Shown in pieces: positions 37,975 to 51,802 of a stretch of DNA of 64,000 nt (positions are counted from its first letter, which is position 1; the number at the start of each line of letters is the position of its first letter). The position numbers and the translations under genes are program-made. The notes beneath the pieces are model-generated. The model was not told the origin of the DNA and ran no database searches. It saw only the letters and a program-made list of their open reading frames with translations. The stretch comes from Antedon mediterranea. Its lineage: Eukaryota > Animalia > Echinodermata. The DNA is taken from NCBI RefSeq assembly GCF_964355755.1, contig NC_092676.1, forward strand, positions 26,616,871 through 26,680,870. The letters run 5' to 3'.

Positions 37975-39780
37975 CTGCTCAAAATCATAAAATTTTTTAT
38001 AAAATATGAATATTTAAACCAATAGATGCACACATCATCTAATTTCACACAACACCACCATGTGCATTTGTTTGTGTTGATTTCAAGTCCGTAAGCAGAT
38101 GTAGTTTATTATACTAATGAAGACGTTAAACGTGTCAAAAATTCAAGGTATGTGCTGTAATGTTGTTTAAAAAACACTTTGTTAGGAATAATGTTGTAAT
38201 ATCAGCCATCAACGTTGGTCAATTATTACTGGAGAAACCAGGACAAATTATTTTCTGGATGATGTACAGAGACATTTAGATATTAAACCTTATTCAAATG
38301 TAATACTTAATTTTAGTGATATGAGGGTCATCTCCTATTTTACAAAGAGTGAGGATTGTAAGCATAAGCCAGCCATGAGTTTCACAGAAATCACAATTTT
38401 ATTTAAGTTACTAATTTTAAATCTTTTAAGCACAATGGTATTCTTAGAATAGAAACTAAAATTAAAATGAACCATAAATAATATTTAGTTTAAAATGTTC
38501 TGATTATGCTGAACCAAGTTAATAAAAAGGCTACATTCATAAACCAATAAAACTATGTTATCAACTTTATTTTCAAAACACCAAAACATAAAAAGGAATT
38601 ATCACAAATAATTAAGAACAATTATTACATTATCGAGCATTACATTAAGTGTTACTCATTGCAAAAAACATGAAAACCCAAAAAAAACTATGTTGCTTGC
38701 GTGTACAGTACTATTATCATACAGACTTGAATATAAGCCAACCCCATGAATAAGGTTTCGCGTGGGGAACACTTCTGTAGAAGCTACCTCCAAACTTACC
38801 TTTCAACAAAATAGAATTCCATCACCTCTTAAAGCGAAAACTCAGGATAAATAAAAAAAGTTAAATATAAACTATAAATTCTGAATAAAATAATATGTTT
38901 CTCATTTTGCTCTTTCCAAAAACAAAGTTCTAAGGTTAAAAAAAAACTAAAGCTACTAACAAATAATTCACTTACCGCCATACTTGTTTTCTTTAGTGTA
39001 TTTTCATGTGCAATATAAACAATGAAAAATAATCTTACACAATTCGAGTTATATCTCACTCTTCGAGAAGAAAGGCTATTGTCAGTTTATCCAGGTAAGC
39101 TTGGCACGAAATAAAACACTACACTTTAGTATCAGGTGCTGGGATTTCCTTGCATCTACTTACTAGAATTAGCAATGATGACAATGATTTTAATATACTT
39201 ACCATGCTTTGTAACAGTACAGTATAATTGTTGAAAATTTATAATGAAAAATGGTACTGTACTTACCTATGTCATAGGTCAACTATTATGCAAATGAGAC
39301 TTACTCCATGAACATCTAGCCGGCTCTATGCTTGCTTACAAACAAATCAGTTGTTTGACTGCAAAAATGATTACAAGGTGCAGATTTCTGTCTACTAAAG
39401 ATAGTAGTATTATCGATAATAATAACCAGAAGCAAGTCTACCTTTAAAATTATTACATAATAGTTGAGGTCACCTAAATAGAAAAATTACTAACAAAAAA
39501 CATAACTAATATTTTCCTTCCCATTTACAATATTCCTGGTTGCTCACCTGGTGTAAAGACTTCTATAGTCTGTCTCTATCAACTCCATGACATATACCTG
39601 CTTGTTGTTCAGCATATTACTTGAATGTACAGTGCATTTCACACATGTACAACCAACATATAAAGTGTTATAGCTATACTTACCATTGTGTGGCAAAGAT
39701 GCAATCTGTTGTTACTATAATACATGAAGTCATCATATTACATGTTAAGTCTATTACTTCTGGTTATCTAAACATGGTAC

Positions 39781-41840
39781 GGGTGCAGGTCAACTCGGCC
39801 CTAAACCGTCTCGGCCAAAGTCAAGTCGGCCCCACGTCAAGTCGGCCCCAAGTCAAGCCGGCCTCAAGTCAACTCGGCCTCAAGTCAATTCGGCCTCACG
39901 TCAACTCGGCCTCAAGTCAACTCGGCCTAAAGTCAACTCGGCCAAAAACTAATCCGTCAACTCGGCCTTTAAAAAGTATGGAATGCAAAAAGTGCTAATA
40001 TAGTAGTTCATTACAATGGCAGGATATAGTACGGTTAGGCCTATATAATAGACGAAATAAAACGGAAATTTCAATGTAAATTAAAACACACTGGCTGATC
40101 GTTTTTCGTTTAATTGATAGGTAATTTTTATTTATATTGTTGGTTGGTTTGTCTCAGTAAGAACCCTCAGTAATGTGTTTGTTAGATCTATTTTGAGGAT
40201 GTTCCCAGAAATAATCGCAAATATTCTTAGAAGGCCTATATATTATATAGATATTATTAGATTAATACAGTAAAATAAAAATGGGTTTTTTTGTATATAT
40301 TCTCTCTCAAATTATTAGCAATATGTCACGGTCAAAGTGAATAACTATATGTGACATTAAAATGGTATATTACAGTAACAAAATCTTTTCACACATTTAT
40401 TGACGATGTCAATCAAACTACCGAAGAGATTATGGAAACAAATTCGGAATGTTCTGTCATGTTAAATTTCTATTGCAATTGTGGGCTATTCAAATTGTTT
40501 TTATTACTTTTGTTAGGCCTATTTGATTATAATGGAGAATCCAATGAATACATTTATAGGAAATTAATCTAAAACACACTGAAGAAATCATCATGAATAA
40601 ATGGTGTATTTTTATTTTGTCAAGCATAAAAACTAATCTAAAACACACTGAAGAAATCATCATGAAAAAATGGCGTATTTTTATTTTGTCAAGCAAAAAC
40701 TAAAACATATTGTTTGAGTCCAAAACAACGGAATTCCTAAACAACATAATATTGCCTTTGCATTCTCATCTGTTTTTTAACACCCACCGCGCCCTGTATT
40801 GTTCAATAAAATTGATCACCTAAAGGGGCATTCCCACCGTCCGTACCTGTTCCGTTTCGCGGACGGCGCCGTTTTTTCAACGTGACGCGCGCCCGTTCAC
40901 CGTTCCGTTTTAAACATTCACACCTGTTCCGTTTTGTGACGTGACGTTAAAATAGCAGCCGTTTCTGGATGATCATCGGATGATAGTGAGGAAGAAATTA
41001 TTCTTTTTAGTTTAATTAAAGATGATATTACAAAACGGGACACAAGATTCCCGATGATAGTATAACAACACACACCATGACAAATTCCATGAATCCATAC
41101 TTAAATACAATAAAATCACAATCACATCCCTATGGACTGTTATGGAAGCAAATTTCTCTCTTCCCATGGTGTACTGTATTAATTATGAATAATTATGAAG
41201 TACTAAACGAAATGAAAATAAAAATGTCATACAAAAAAAACCGTAAGGCCTATTTGAAAATAATGCACATTCATGTCTGGGGTGTGTGTGCATGTAACCT
41301 ATACCCATAATGCTTATGCAATTTGTTTTCTTGCCTTTTGATTTGTTTTGATTTTAATGTCATTTTATTCTTTTTATATTGATGTATATACAGTTGTAGA
41401 CCGAAGTATATTGTTTAAATATTTTTTTTTTTAATGTCTTCTTCGACAGTTATTCCTGTATACAAAATGTGAAGAAATATTTGTTTATTTCAAACAATAT
41501 AAATAAATACTACCTATCAATTAATATTATATAATCATTTATATTGAATTTTCCGTTGTATTTCGTCTATTATGTAGGCATAACCGTACTATATCCTGCC
41601 ATTATAATATTAACTACTATATTAGCACTTTTTGCGTTTCATAGTTTTTAGAGGCCGAGTTGACGGATTAGTTTTTGGCCGAGTTGACGTGAGGCCGAGT
41701 TGACTTGAGGCCGAGTTGACGTGGGGCCGAGTTGATGTGGGGCCGAGGTGACGTAGGGCCGAGTTGACTTGGGGCCGACTTGACGTGGGGCCGACTTGAC
41801 TTTGGCCGAGACGGTTTAGGGCCGAGTTGGATCGAAACCC
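39781..41840. mobile_element. Foldback-type non-autonomous DNA transposon with ~350-bp TIRs containing 16-bp tandem subrepeats
   Basis: Ends GGGT...ACCC; TSD ATGGTAC (39774-39780 and 41841-41847; 8-bp CATGGTAC also possible). (gtcaactcggcctcaa)n on the left is mirrored on the right. Empty sites at ~27330 and ~63867. Confidence 0.9.
40566..40697. repeat. ~69-bp direct duplication inside the foldback element
   Basis: aatctaaaacacactgaagaaatcatcatgaa...ttttattttgtcaagca occurs twice. Confidence 0.85.
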
Positions 41841-42993
41841 ATGGTACATTTCATACAATATAAATATCTCAAATATGTTGTTAAATATTTATGAACAACT
41901 TGACACAAAGAAATATTATTTGCACACAATGTAATTTGTTCCTGTGGTCTTGTAGGGTAAAAGCCAATTCAATTAATGATTCACATTTAGAATATAATAT
42001 CCACTGTGTATTAAATATGTATTTTGTTAAATGTTTGACCATTGTCTGTACAATTAGTTTACTTTGTGTCTAGTTGATCCAATTCGAGTCTCACAACCAA
42101 CATCGTACTCACAATTACGAGTCAGAATGGAATATTATGATCACCGAGTCGACGCTGGATCCAATCACGTCCAAAACACTTGGCTGGATCTAAAGTGGTA
42201 TTGTGATTTTACACAGGAGTTGATGTTGATAGGAGAACAGCCCATCTTTTATACATTCTATCATTTTTGTTGTTTGTTTACAGTATGTGATGTGTTTCAA
42301 AACTAGCATGCTTTTCAAACATGTCTAAGCTAGCGTAATGATACATAAATCTATAAATTGAGTTCAACAATAGTATGTATACATTTGTGTTTGCAACACA
42401 GTCTAGTAAAAGTATCATCAGTACTAAAGTAGTTCCTTAAAAAAACTAAATTCTCAACAATCTACCAGTAACATAGGTGAAAATTTTAACATTTTGTACA
42501 TACAAAAGAAAACTTAATTGAAATACTGAAATGTTTTGGTAAATTGATTCAGTATAAAAACATCAGCTTGTAAATGATATAGCTAAATCAAAGCAACATT
42601 GTGAATTTTTTTGTTAAAAATGTCGGCTGATTTTAATTACAAAACCATAACAATTTACAATTGGTTAACTACAGAGAATAAATTCATTTTTACATTATTT
42701 TCTGGGTAATAACACTAACAATAATCAAGGGATACTGTATTCAATTTTAGAAAAGGCAATAAAAAAGGTATTTTTAGTTTACATCAAAATAAGTCAACAA
42801 CTGAAGATCGTTACTTATTAGGAGAACCAGATAACAATACATTTTTACTGGAAATACCAAATCTATTTTACTTGAAAAAGTTACCAATACTTTATATAAA
42901 TCTGTCGCCTGTATTACTGTGAACCTTAACCTACAGAGTGACTGGCAATAGTAGGATCTGTAAATATTCTCATAACAGTGACTGTTGCGACAT

Positions 42994-45355
42994 TCAAAAA
43001 CGATTTCCACGGCCACGTCCTTTTGACCATCCACGACCTCGGAATCCACCTCGACGTTGCTGTCCTGTAAAACAATGTAAAAAAAGAGTTAAATAGATGT
43101 TAACAGGAAACATAGATTAATCTCTAAAGCTCTGTCTACACAATAAAATGTGCCCATATATGGACTTGATGATGCCATATCACTACCATATTTGTGCATG
43201 TCACACTTTTTTTTGTCAAACTAGTTTGATAGTGTGGACAGAGCTTTAGTGTAAACCAATTTTTGAAAAAATTTATTTACCACCTCCAGTGAAATTATTT
43301 CCGTAATTTGCATCTCCTCCACTCGGGGCATTACCAGCTTTTGCGCTATAGCGCCCTCCAGGTGGATGGTACACTCCACGAGCTCCTCGCTGTTTATTGC
43401 CACCGCCTACTGTTGCTTTTTTAGCAGGTCCTGACTCAGAAAATGTGATTGGGGTGATGTTACCTCTCTTTACACTAGAATAACACAAAATAAAATTGAA
43501 TTTAAATATATAAAAGTCTTTCAATTATGTGTGACCAAATCTCTGTCTACACTATCAAACTTTATGTGACAAAACAAAAATGTGATGTGCATATGTCCAT
43601 ATATAGATATGATGATGTCATATCAGTACCATATTTATGGGCACATCACTTATTTTCGTCACATAAAGTTTTATAATGTAGACAGAGCTTAAACTATGAG
43701 ATACAATTTGTTCACATATTGTCATGCAAATGTTTCCTTATAACACATGTGAAAGCACCAAAAAAGTTAATATATTATTATTTCATATTAGGCAATTATA
43801 TTCACATACCTTTGTTGTTGTTGTGTTTGTTCTGTTGTAGCTTTCTGGATTGGTTTCCATGACAATGTAATGATGCATCCGTAGCCTGGTGGGTTACGGA
43901 ACAAGTCCTAGTGTAAACAAAATAATGAATATTTAGTGTTTTATCCTTTATTTAACAAAAAAACATGGAGAGGCTGTATCTGCCCCCCCTTATTTATAAA
44001 GAAAACCCCTTAAAACAATATGATAGAGTCAAGAATCACAATGGTTGGATGCTTCAATATGTCCGAGTATCATACGTGACAATGCTGTTGGTAATGCAAA
44101 GATCACAAAATGCACAATGAGCGTGCCATACCTTAATTAAAGCATTGATATTGGTTGTTATCTTAAGAGCGACAACTTTGATCTTATTCTCGTCAGATTT
44201 CAATACATCTCCTGTTTTATCTCGCAGGTCTGCCCTCAGTTGTTTCATGTAAACTTGGTTACCACGTGCAAAATACTGTAATCTGTAAAAACAATAACAA
44301 AATTTAATTTAATGATTTATTAATATCTTTTTTTTAATTTTTAAATTAGGCAATTTCAATGTCCCATAATTGGAAGGGAAAAACAAATTTTGATGAAACA
44401 AAATTACTGTAATCCTATTCAAAAATAAATTGCTTTTTTGTTGTTTATTTTGTCTTAAGAGCTATATCTTTTATTCAATCAATAATTAGAAAAATAAAAC
44501 CCTTTTGGATCAATATGCCAACAAATAATATGCATTCATTCTGAAATACTGCAAAATTACCCATCTGGTGAAGAGTGTACATTAAACATTCTACGATTGA
44601 AAATTGTAATTTAGGTTCATCGCTATCTCTCTCCTTCCTCAACTTCAGCTGGTGGAAGCGGCATATACTCCTAGAAAATATATTATTTAATAATTTTGAA
44701 TGAAGCAGAAGATACAAAGTTTCTTCGACCAGAAAAATACTAGATCTCTTCTTCTGTCTTCCCTGATAAAACTTTTGTATGGAAAACAAACTGCTACTGT
44801 ATACAAGCTCTTAAGCTCTGTCTAAACTATCAAACTTTATGTGATAAAACAATGTAATGTGCCCAGATATGGACATCATGATGTCATATCACATATTTAG
44901 GTACATATCACTACCATATTTAGGCATATCACTACCATATTTGGGCACATCACACTATTTTGTCACATAAAGTTTGATAGTGTAGACAGAGCTTTAATCA
45001 AGATTGTTACAGGGAGGTTTGTTTTTGGCTAAGGGCTTGGCATGCAATGAAAATGATCAACATACTACACAACAACTACCTACAGTACACCTATCTTTAT
45101 TGAACAGGACATTCTATAATTTTGTAAAATATTTTAAATCATTTAAAAGATGAACATCATTCTTACCAGCAATGCATTGTGAACCGTCTCTAAGCACCCT
45201 CTGTCTTCGTAATCTCCACAGTGTGTAGACATCTCAGCTAATAACTTTAATACTTCCAACTTTACATTTGTACCTTCTGGTCCCGCCAGCTCACTGAGGA
45301 ACGGGACGACATGGTTGGAAATGTGTTCTATAAACTTTGTTGAATGCACATTTTT
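42994..45355 (-). pseudogene. API5: API5 copy A, 3' exons (45355-45167, 44670-~44558 truncated, 44282-44132, 43907-43810, 43474-43281, 43064-42994)
   Basis: Near-identical to copy B, but the EYMPLPP exon has a 10-nt deletion and has lost its 3' part and donor. Confidence 0.9.
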
Positions 45356-46634
45356 CTAGAAAAAAAAAGAAGAATATTTGTTAGAAAAAAAGTTTTAGCA
45401 TTAAATGGTAAAAGTGATAATTTGTGAATAGGCCACTCTTGTAGGTAGATCAACTTTCGTATGCACTTTCAGGTCAAGAGAATTTGACTTTAAGGTTGAC
45501 TTGGTTTAGGGTGGTCAAACAATGCATACATTCATGTACAGTCTAATGGGACATTTTAGTAAAAAATGACCTTTGACTCGCACCAAAGGCATGTTAGTAT
45601 ATCCAAATACGTTCACACATACGGTGTAAGTAGCATGGCTTAAGTTAATCCATGGATTAAAATGCCAAGGTGTTTACACGTACGGCGTTTGTTATGGGGT
45701 AAAATACATAAGTCCAAGTACTGTTTAAGTTTTAAAAGTAATAACCCAGGGTCCCTTTTTAGATTTTGAAGGCCATCTTTTTTTGTTTAACCATTTCATA
45801 AAATACGGCCATCTTAATTATAGTGAGGGTTTGATTTCCATTTCATGCGTTGAATTCTTTCCCAAAAGTCACTCTGCTTTTAGACATTATTTACTTTTAA
45901 TTTCACTCTAACCAATTCATGCGCTTTCAGATTGAAGATTTACAGTATATATAAATTTACAATACATATAGTAAAAAACATGAAGTAATTGGTAAATATC
46001 TTGAAATAAGGTAAAAATTATTCAAACATCGCTGTAGTTTAGTTCCTTGACATTAGTTAAGATGGGGTATGTAGCTGTCGTTAATAACGACAAAGACGTG
46101 GCGTGGTGAGTTGCGTTAATAATAATAATAATAATACCTAGTTCACATGTAAAGGCAAGGTGCAAGCCAGCTTTACACTGTACGTATGAACCCCTATGAA
46201 GATTTTTGATATATTATGTACTCATATAGTATAAGGCCTGAGTATTGCTTCAAGGAACAATTATAATCACATTAAACTTTTTAAAACCATTGATAAACAA
46301 ACCATGGTGCTTCTTTGTTATTCAGTTCACTGATTCAGTTCAGTCTTTCCTGATTTCACAATATTCACATCTAGTTTAGAAGACAGCTCATATTAATGTG
46401 ACATTTTAAGGTGGAAAAAACCACTTTATTTAATTACTGGAATAACATTTTGTTTAATTGAAATTTGAGCTGCACAAGTACAGAACAAGGTATTTAACAT
46501 ATAAATTGCTTTTTTAAGTAGATTTAATCTATAATCTATACAAACAGCCAATGATATTATTGATAGATTTAGGCGATGGGCTGGAGTAAATCATTATTAA
46601 TATATATATATACAATTATAACTCCTATTGCAGG

Positions 46635-48333
46635 ATGGCTAGCAACGACATTAGTCTACTTGGAGATATAGATGATAAAGTTCTAGAATGTTCTATCTGT
46701 AATGAAAGGTTAGAAGATCCAAAATCACTTAGCTGCCTTCATACCTTCTGTCTGAAGTGTTTGGAGAATTGGGTTCAAACCAATCGTGGCAAGCTAAAAT
46801 GCCCTATTTGTCGGAAAAAGTATCCCATACCAAAAGGAGGGCTTCAAAAACTTGCCCCAAACACAATTCTAAACAACCTCTTGGAAACCATCAAACAGCA
46901 TGAAGTGAAAGATGAGGCCAAAGGCACTGCCTCTCTGTGTGCCTCTCATGCTCAACCATTGAAAATGTATTGTACAAAATGTAAAGTACCAATATGCATA
47001 GAATGCACTGAAATGGAACATGCTGCAGGAGATGGAAAACATGAACTAATTAACATTGTAACAGCATTTAATACATTTAAGGAAACATCAGAAGACTTGA
47101 AGAAAGCTGCCAATGAATCCATAAAAAAAACAGAAAATGTACTTAAAGTAGTTACAAAGAATTCTAAAGAACTAGAAGAAAGTAAAGAGGCAAAGTCTTA
47201 CAGATATTGATGACCAAGTTCAAGAAATGGTACAAGTAATCCAGAAAAAAGGAGAAGAAATGAGAAAAAAAGTTGAAACAAATTATGTGGAGGAAAAGAA
47301 AGTTAATGACGTACAAACTACAAATTTAACAAAAATCATTTCTGAATTAAACACAAGGGTGAGTTTCCTAAATCAGTTACTAATGAGTGAGCCAGCAATT
47401 GCTATGAGATCAAGTGAGATTGTATTAAATACACTGATGGATGAAATTAATAAATCTGAAGAAATCAAGCAAAAGGACAGCAAACAAATTAAATTTATCA
47501 GAAACAAACAACCAATTGATTTACTGAAAGAAAATGACATTGGAAATGTTATATTCAAACCATTTACTATCGAAGTAGAGGGTAAGCCTACAGGAGTAGC
47601 AAAATGTGAGGATGATTGCTTCCTGGTTTCATTTCTCACAAATAAAATTCACAAGTACAACCAATCAGGAAAATGTACAAGCAAGATTACACTACCAGAA
47701 GGTGTGGAAGTTAACAGAATGTACAAAATGAAGAATGGCAACATAGCATTCAGTGATTATAGCATTACTACATGCATTCAAGTATGTGATATGAATGGTC
47801 ATGTGATCAAATCCATTGGTAAGGGTGTATTGATGGATCCATATGGTATTCACATAGATGAGGCAGCTAATGTTATATATGTAGCAGATTGGGACATAGG
47901 ATGTGTGTTCATGTTTGACATTAATAGTGGTAAGCAGTTGAAGAAGATAGGATCACAAAATGAAGAACATGAATACACTAGTGTTGCACTTACAAAAACT
48001 GGTAAAGTACTTGTAGCAGATAGAGGGCAGCATCAAGTATTATTGTATGATGACAAGGACAAGTCAATGAAAGTACTCATCAATGAAGGGTGGGAAGATG
48101 GTAAGGTGATGGGACCAAGTGGAGTTGTAGTTGATGAGGAGGATGATAACATCATCGTAGCAAGTATTGAAAAACTACAACTATTCAGTAGTGATGGACA
48201 TTTTATCAAAAGAATTGATAAACAAGAAGATGGAATTAGTTATCCACGTCAGTTATGTATCATTTCATATAACCCATGTATGATTGCTTTAGCAAATTAC
48301 GATGACAGCACAATCCAAACATTCAATTATTGA
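46635..48333 (+). pseudogene. TRIM-NHL copy 8, single +1 frameshift (could be a sequencing error)
   Basis: gaggcaAagtctt at ~47192 versus gaggcaagtctt in paralogs; NHL protein sequence identical to copy 7. Confidence 0.8.
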
Positions 48334-48811
48334 TGTATAAAATATATCATTACATTAAAGAAACACAGTTGAATGAAAGATCAAGTACATTAAAAATTAT
48401 CTATTAATTAGTTTATTACACAAAGCTTAACATTTAAAAACAATCTTCAAATAAATTGGAAATTTTAAAATAAAGCTGAAAATAACCAATATCTATTCAT
48501 ATGAGGCGAAACTTATGATTTTGTATTTTCTAACTTTAATATCATTTGAACTAATGTTATAATTACAGTATGTCATCATTGAAAAATAAATGGATTTTTT
48601 TTTTGTGAATATATTTAGTATTTTTAGAATAAGCCTAATTTGAATTATTGTACAGTATATTATAATAATATATGTTACACTTGTAGGCAAAGGCAGTTTT
48701 TGTTTTAGTTTTCCTAGTTTTAAATCATTAAATACAACATTATTCTTATTTCATCAAGTAATCATACTGTAGATACCTATGGTATTTAAATGAAAGTAGA
48801 TTGTACCTTAA

Positions 48812-51160
48812 TAAAGTGACCACATACTATATATAGTAATCTGTACTACCTAGTATAATATAAAGTGATCACATACTGTGTATAGTAATCTGTACTACCT
48901 AGTATAATATAAAGTGACCACATACTGTATATAGTAATCTGTACTACCTAGTATAAAATAAAGTGACCACATACTGTATATAGTAATCTGTACTACCTAG
49001 TATAATATAAAGTGATCACATACTGTATATAGTAATCTGTACTACCTAGTATAATATAAAGTGACCACATACTGTATATAGTAATCTGTACTACCTAGTA
49101 TAATATAAAGTGATCACATACTGTACATAGTAATCTGTACTACCTAGTATAATATAAAGTGACCACATACTGTATATAGTAATCTGTACTACCTAGTATA
49201 ATATAAAGTGATCATATACTGTATATAGTAATCTGTACTACCTAGTATAATATAAAGTGACCACATACTGTATATAGTAATCTGTACTACCTAGTATAAT
49301 ATAAAGTGATCACATACTGTATATAGTAATCTGTACTACCTAGTATAATATAAAGTGACCACATACTGTATATAATAATCTGTACTACCTAGTATAATAT
49401 AAAGTGATAACATACTGTATATAGTAATCTGTACTACCTAGTATAATATAAAGTGATCACATACTGTATATAGTAATCTGTACTACCTAGTATAATATAA
49501 AGTGACCACATACTGTATATAGTAATCTGTACTACCTAGTATAATATAAAGTGACCACATACTGTATATAGTAATCTGTACTACCTATTATAATATAAAG
49601 TGATCACATACTGTACATAGTAATCTGTACTACCTAGTATAATATAAAGTGATCACATACTGTATATAGTAATCTGTACTACCTAGTATAATATAAAGTG
49701 ACCACATACTGTATATAGTAATCTGTACTACCTAGTATAATATAAAGTGATCACATACTGTACATAGTAATCTGTACTACCTAGTATAATATAAAGTGAT
49801 CACATACTGTATATAGTAATCTGTACTACCTAGTATAATATAAAGTGACCACATACTGTATATAGTAATCTGTACTACCTAGTATAATATAAAGTGATCA
49901 CATACTGTACATAGTAATCTGTACTACCTAGTATAATATAAAGTGATCACATACTGTATATAGTAATCTGTACTACCTAATATAATATAAAGTGACCACA
50001 TACTGTATATAGTAATCTATACTACCTAGTATAATATAAAGTGATCACATACTGTACATAGTAATCTGTACTACCTAGTATAATATAAAGTGACCACATA
50101 CTGTATATAGTAATCTGTACTACCTAGTATAATATAAAGTGACCACATACTGTATATAGTAATCTGTACTACCTAGTATAATATAAAGTGATCATATACT
50201 GTATATAGTAATCTGTACTACCTAGTATAATATAAAGTGACCACATACTGTATATAGTAATCTGTACTACCTAGTATAATATAAAGTGATCATATACTGT
50301 ATATAGTAATCTGTACTACCTAGTATAATATAAAGTGATCACATACTGTACATAGTAATCTGTACTACCTAGTATAATATAAAGTGATCACATACTATAT
50401 ATAGTAATCTGTACTACCTAGTATAAAATAAAGTGACCACATACTGTACATAGTAATCTGTACTACCTAGTATAATATAAAGTGACCACATACTGTATAT
50501 AGTAATCTGTACTACCTAGTATAATATAAAGTGACCACATACTGTATATAGTAATCTGTACTACCTAGTATAATATAAAGTGACCACATACTGTATATAG
50601 TAATCTGTACTACCTAGTATAATATAAAGTGACCACATACTGTATATAGTAATCTGTACTACCTAGTATAATATAAAGTGATCATATACTGTGTATAGTA
50701 ATCTGTACTACCTAGTATAATATAAAGTGATCACATACTGTATATAGTAATCTGTACTACCTAGTATAATATAAAGTGATCACATACTGTATATAGTAAT
50801 CTGTACTACCTAGTATAATATAAAGTGATCACATACTGTATATAGTAATCTGTACTACCTAGTATAATATAAAGTGATCACATACTGTATATAGTAATCT
50901 GTACTACCTAGTATAATATAAAGTGATCACATACTGTATATAGTAATCTGTACTACAGTACCCAGTATAAAATAAAGTGATCACATACTGTACATAGTAA
51001 TCTGTACTACCTAGTATAATATAAAGTGATCACATACTGTATATAGTAATCTGTACTACCTAGTATAATATAAAGTGATCACATACTGTATATAGTAATC
51101 TGTACTACCTAGTATAATATAAAGTGATCACATACTGTGTATAGTAATCTGTACTACCTA
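48812..51160. repeat. 49-bp minisatellite, ~48 units
   Basis: Same unit as 34444-35020, with interspersed variants (gatc/gacc, gtat/gtac/gtgt). Confidence 0.97.
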
Positions 51161-51802
51161 CAGCCATTTTTGACAATTTCAGACTAAAGTTTTCTCCCTG
51201 AAAAGTAGTTTAAAAAAAGGGCTGAACCTAAATTGTATTGATTATTTATGAGTGACAATAAAGTGCTTGAATAAATGCTTCAGTTGTGTTTTGTAATACT
51301 GATTTTGAAGGCATAACATCTTGTTCAAACAGATGAATGCATTAATAACACGATTACAAGTTTCAAAGTGCAAAAACCAACTTTATTGATTACTGTAAAC
51401 GATTGGTTTTAATTCCTGAAACTATCATTTGAGCTGGGAAATTATAAGGTATCTAACATAAAAAATGATATTAGATTTATTTAGTTGTATTAGTTCAGTA
51501 TAGCTGTAGTCTTCTATGCAAACAGCTAGTCAAGATAAACACTAATAGATTCTTGTTGTGTTAACATGGATTGTTGGCTTATTGGATATTAGTAACTAGA
51601 TTATTTTTCCTACAATTAAATGCCAAGCAGAGATGTATTGTACAGGCATCCGATGATCACATGACAAGACGTAACCAGTATAGTAAAACCCAATTGATAA
51701 TGGGTGGATAAATAAATAAATTGCATTTTTTTAATTCAATAAATTGAAAATATGCAATTTTCTATTTATGTGTAATTTATTAAAAATAAAATCTTTTGCA
51801 GA

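Larger units (their letters stand above)
38997..42193 (+). pseudogene. Second copy of the putative convergent-gene terminal exons (38997-39094, 42074-42193)
   Basis: Paralog of 26647-27682; tttag|...ATCCAG|gtaagc; the intervening intron carries the foldback element. Confidence 0.45.

Noticed and set aside
39621-39998. ORFs 39621-39998 and 41622-41858 with repeated SSQLGL motifs
   Set aside because: Translations of the 16-bp TIR subrepeats of the foldback element.
48812-51160. CRISPR-like array
   Set aside because: Units are contiguous with no unique spacers, there are no cas genes, and the context is eukaryotic; it is a minisatellite.
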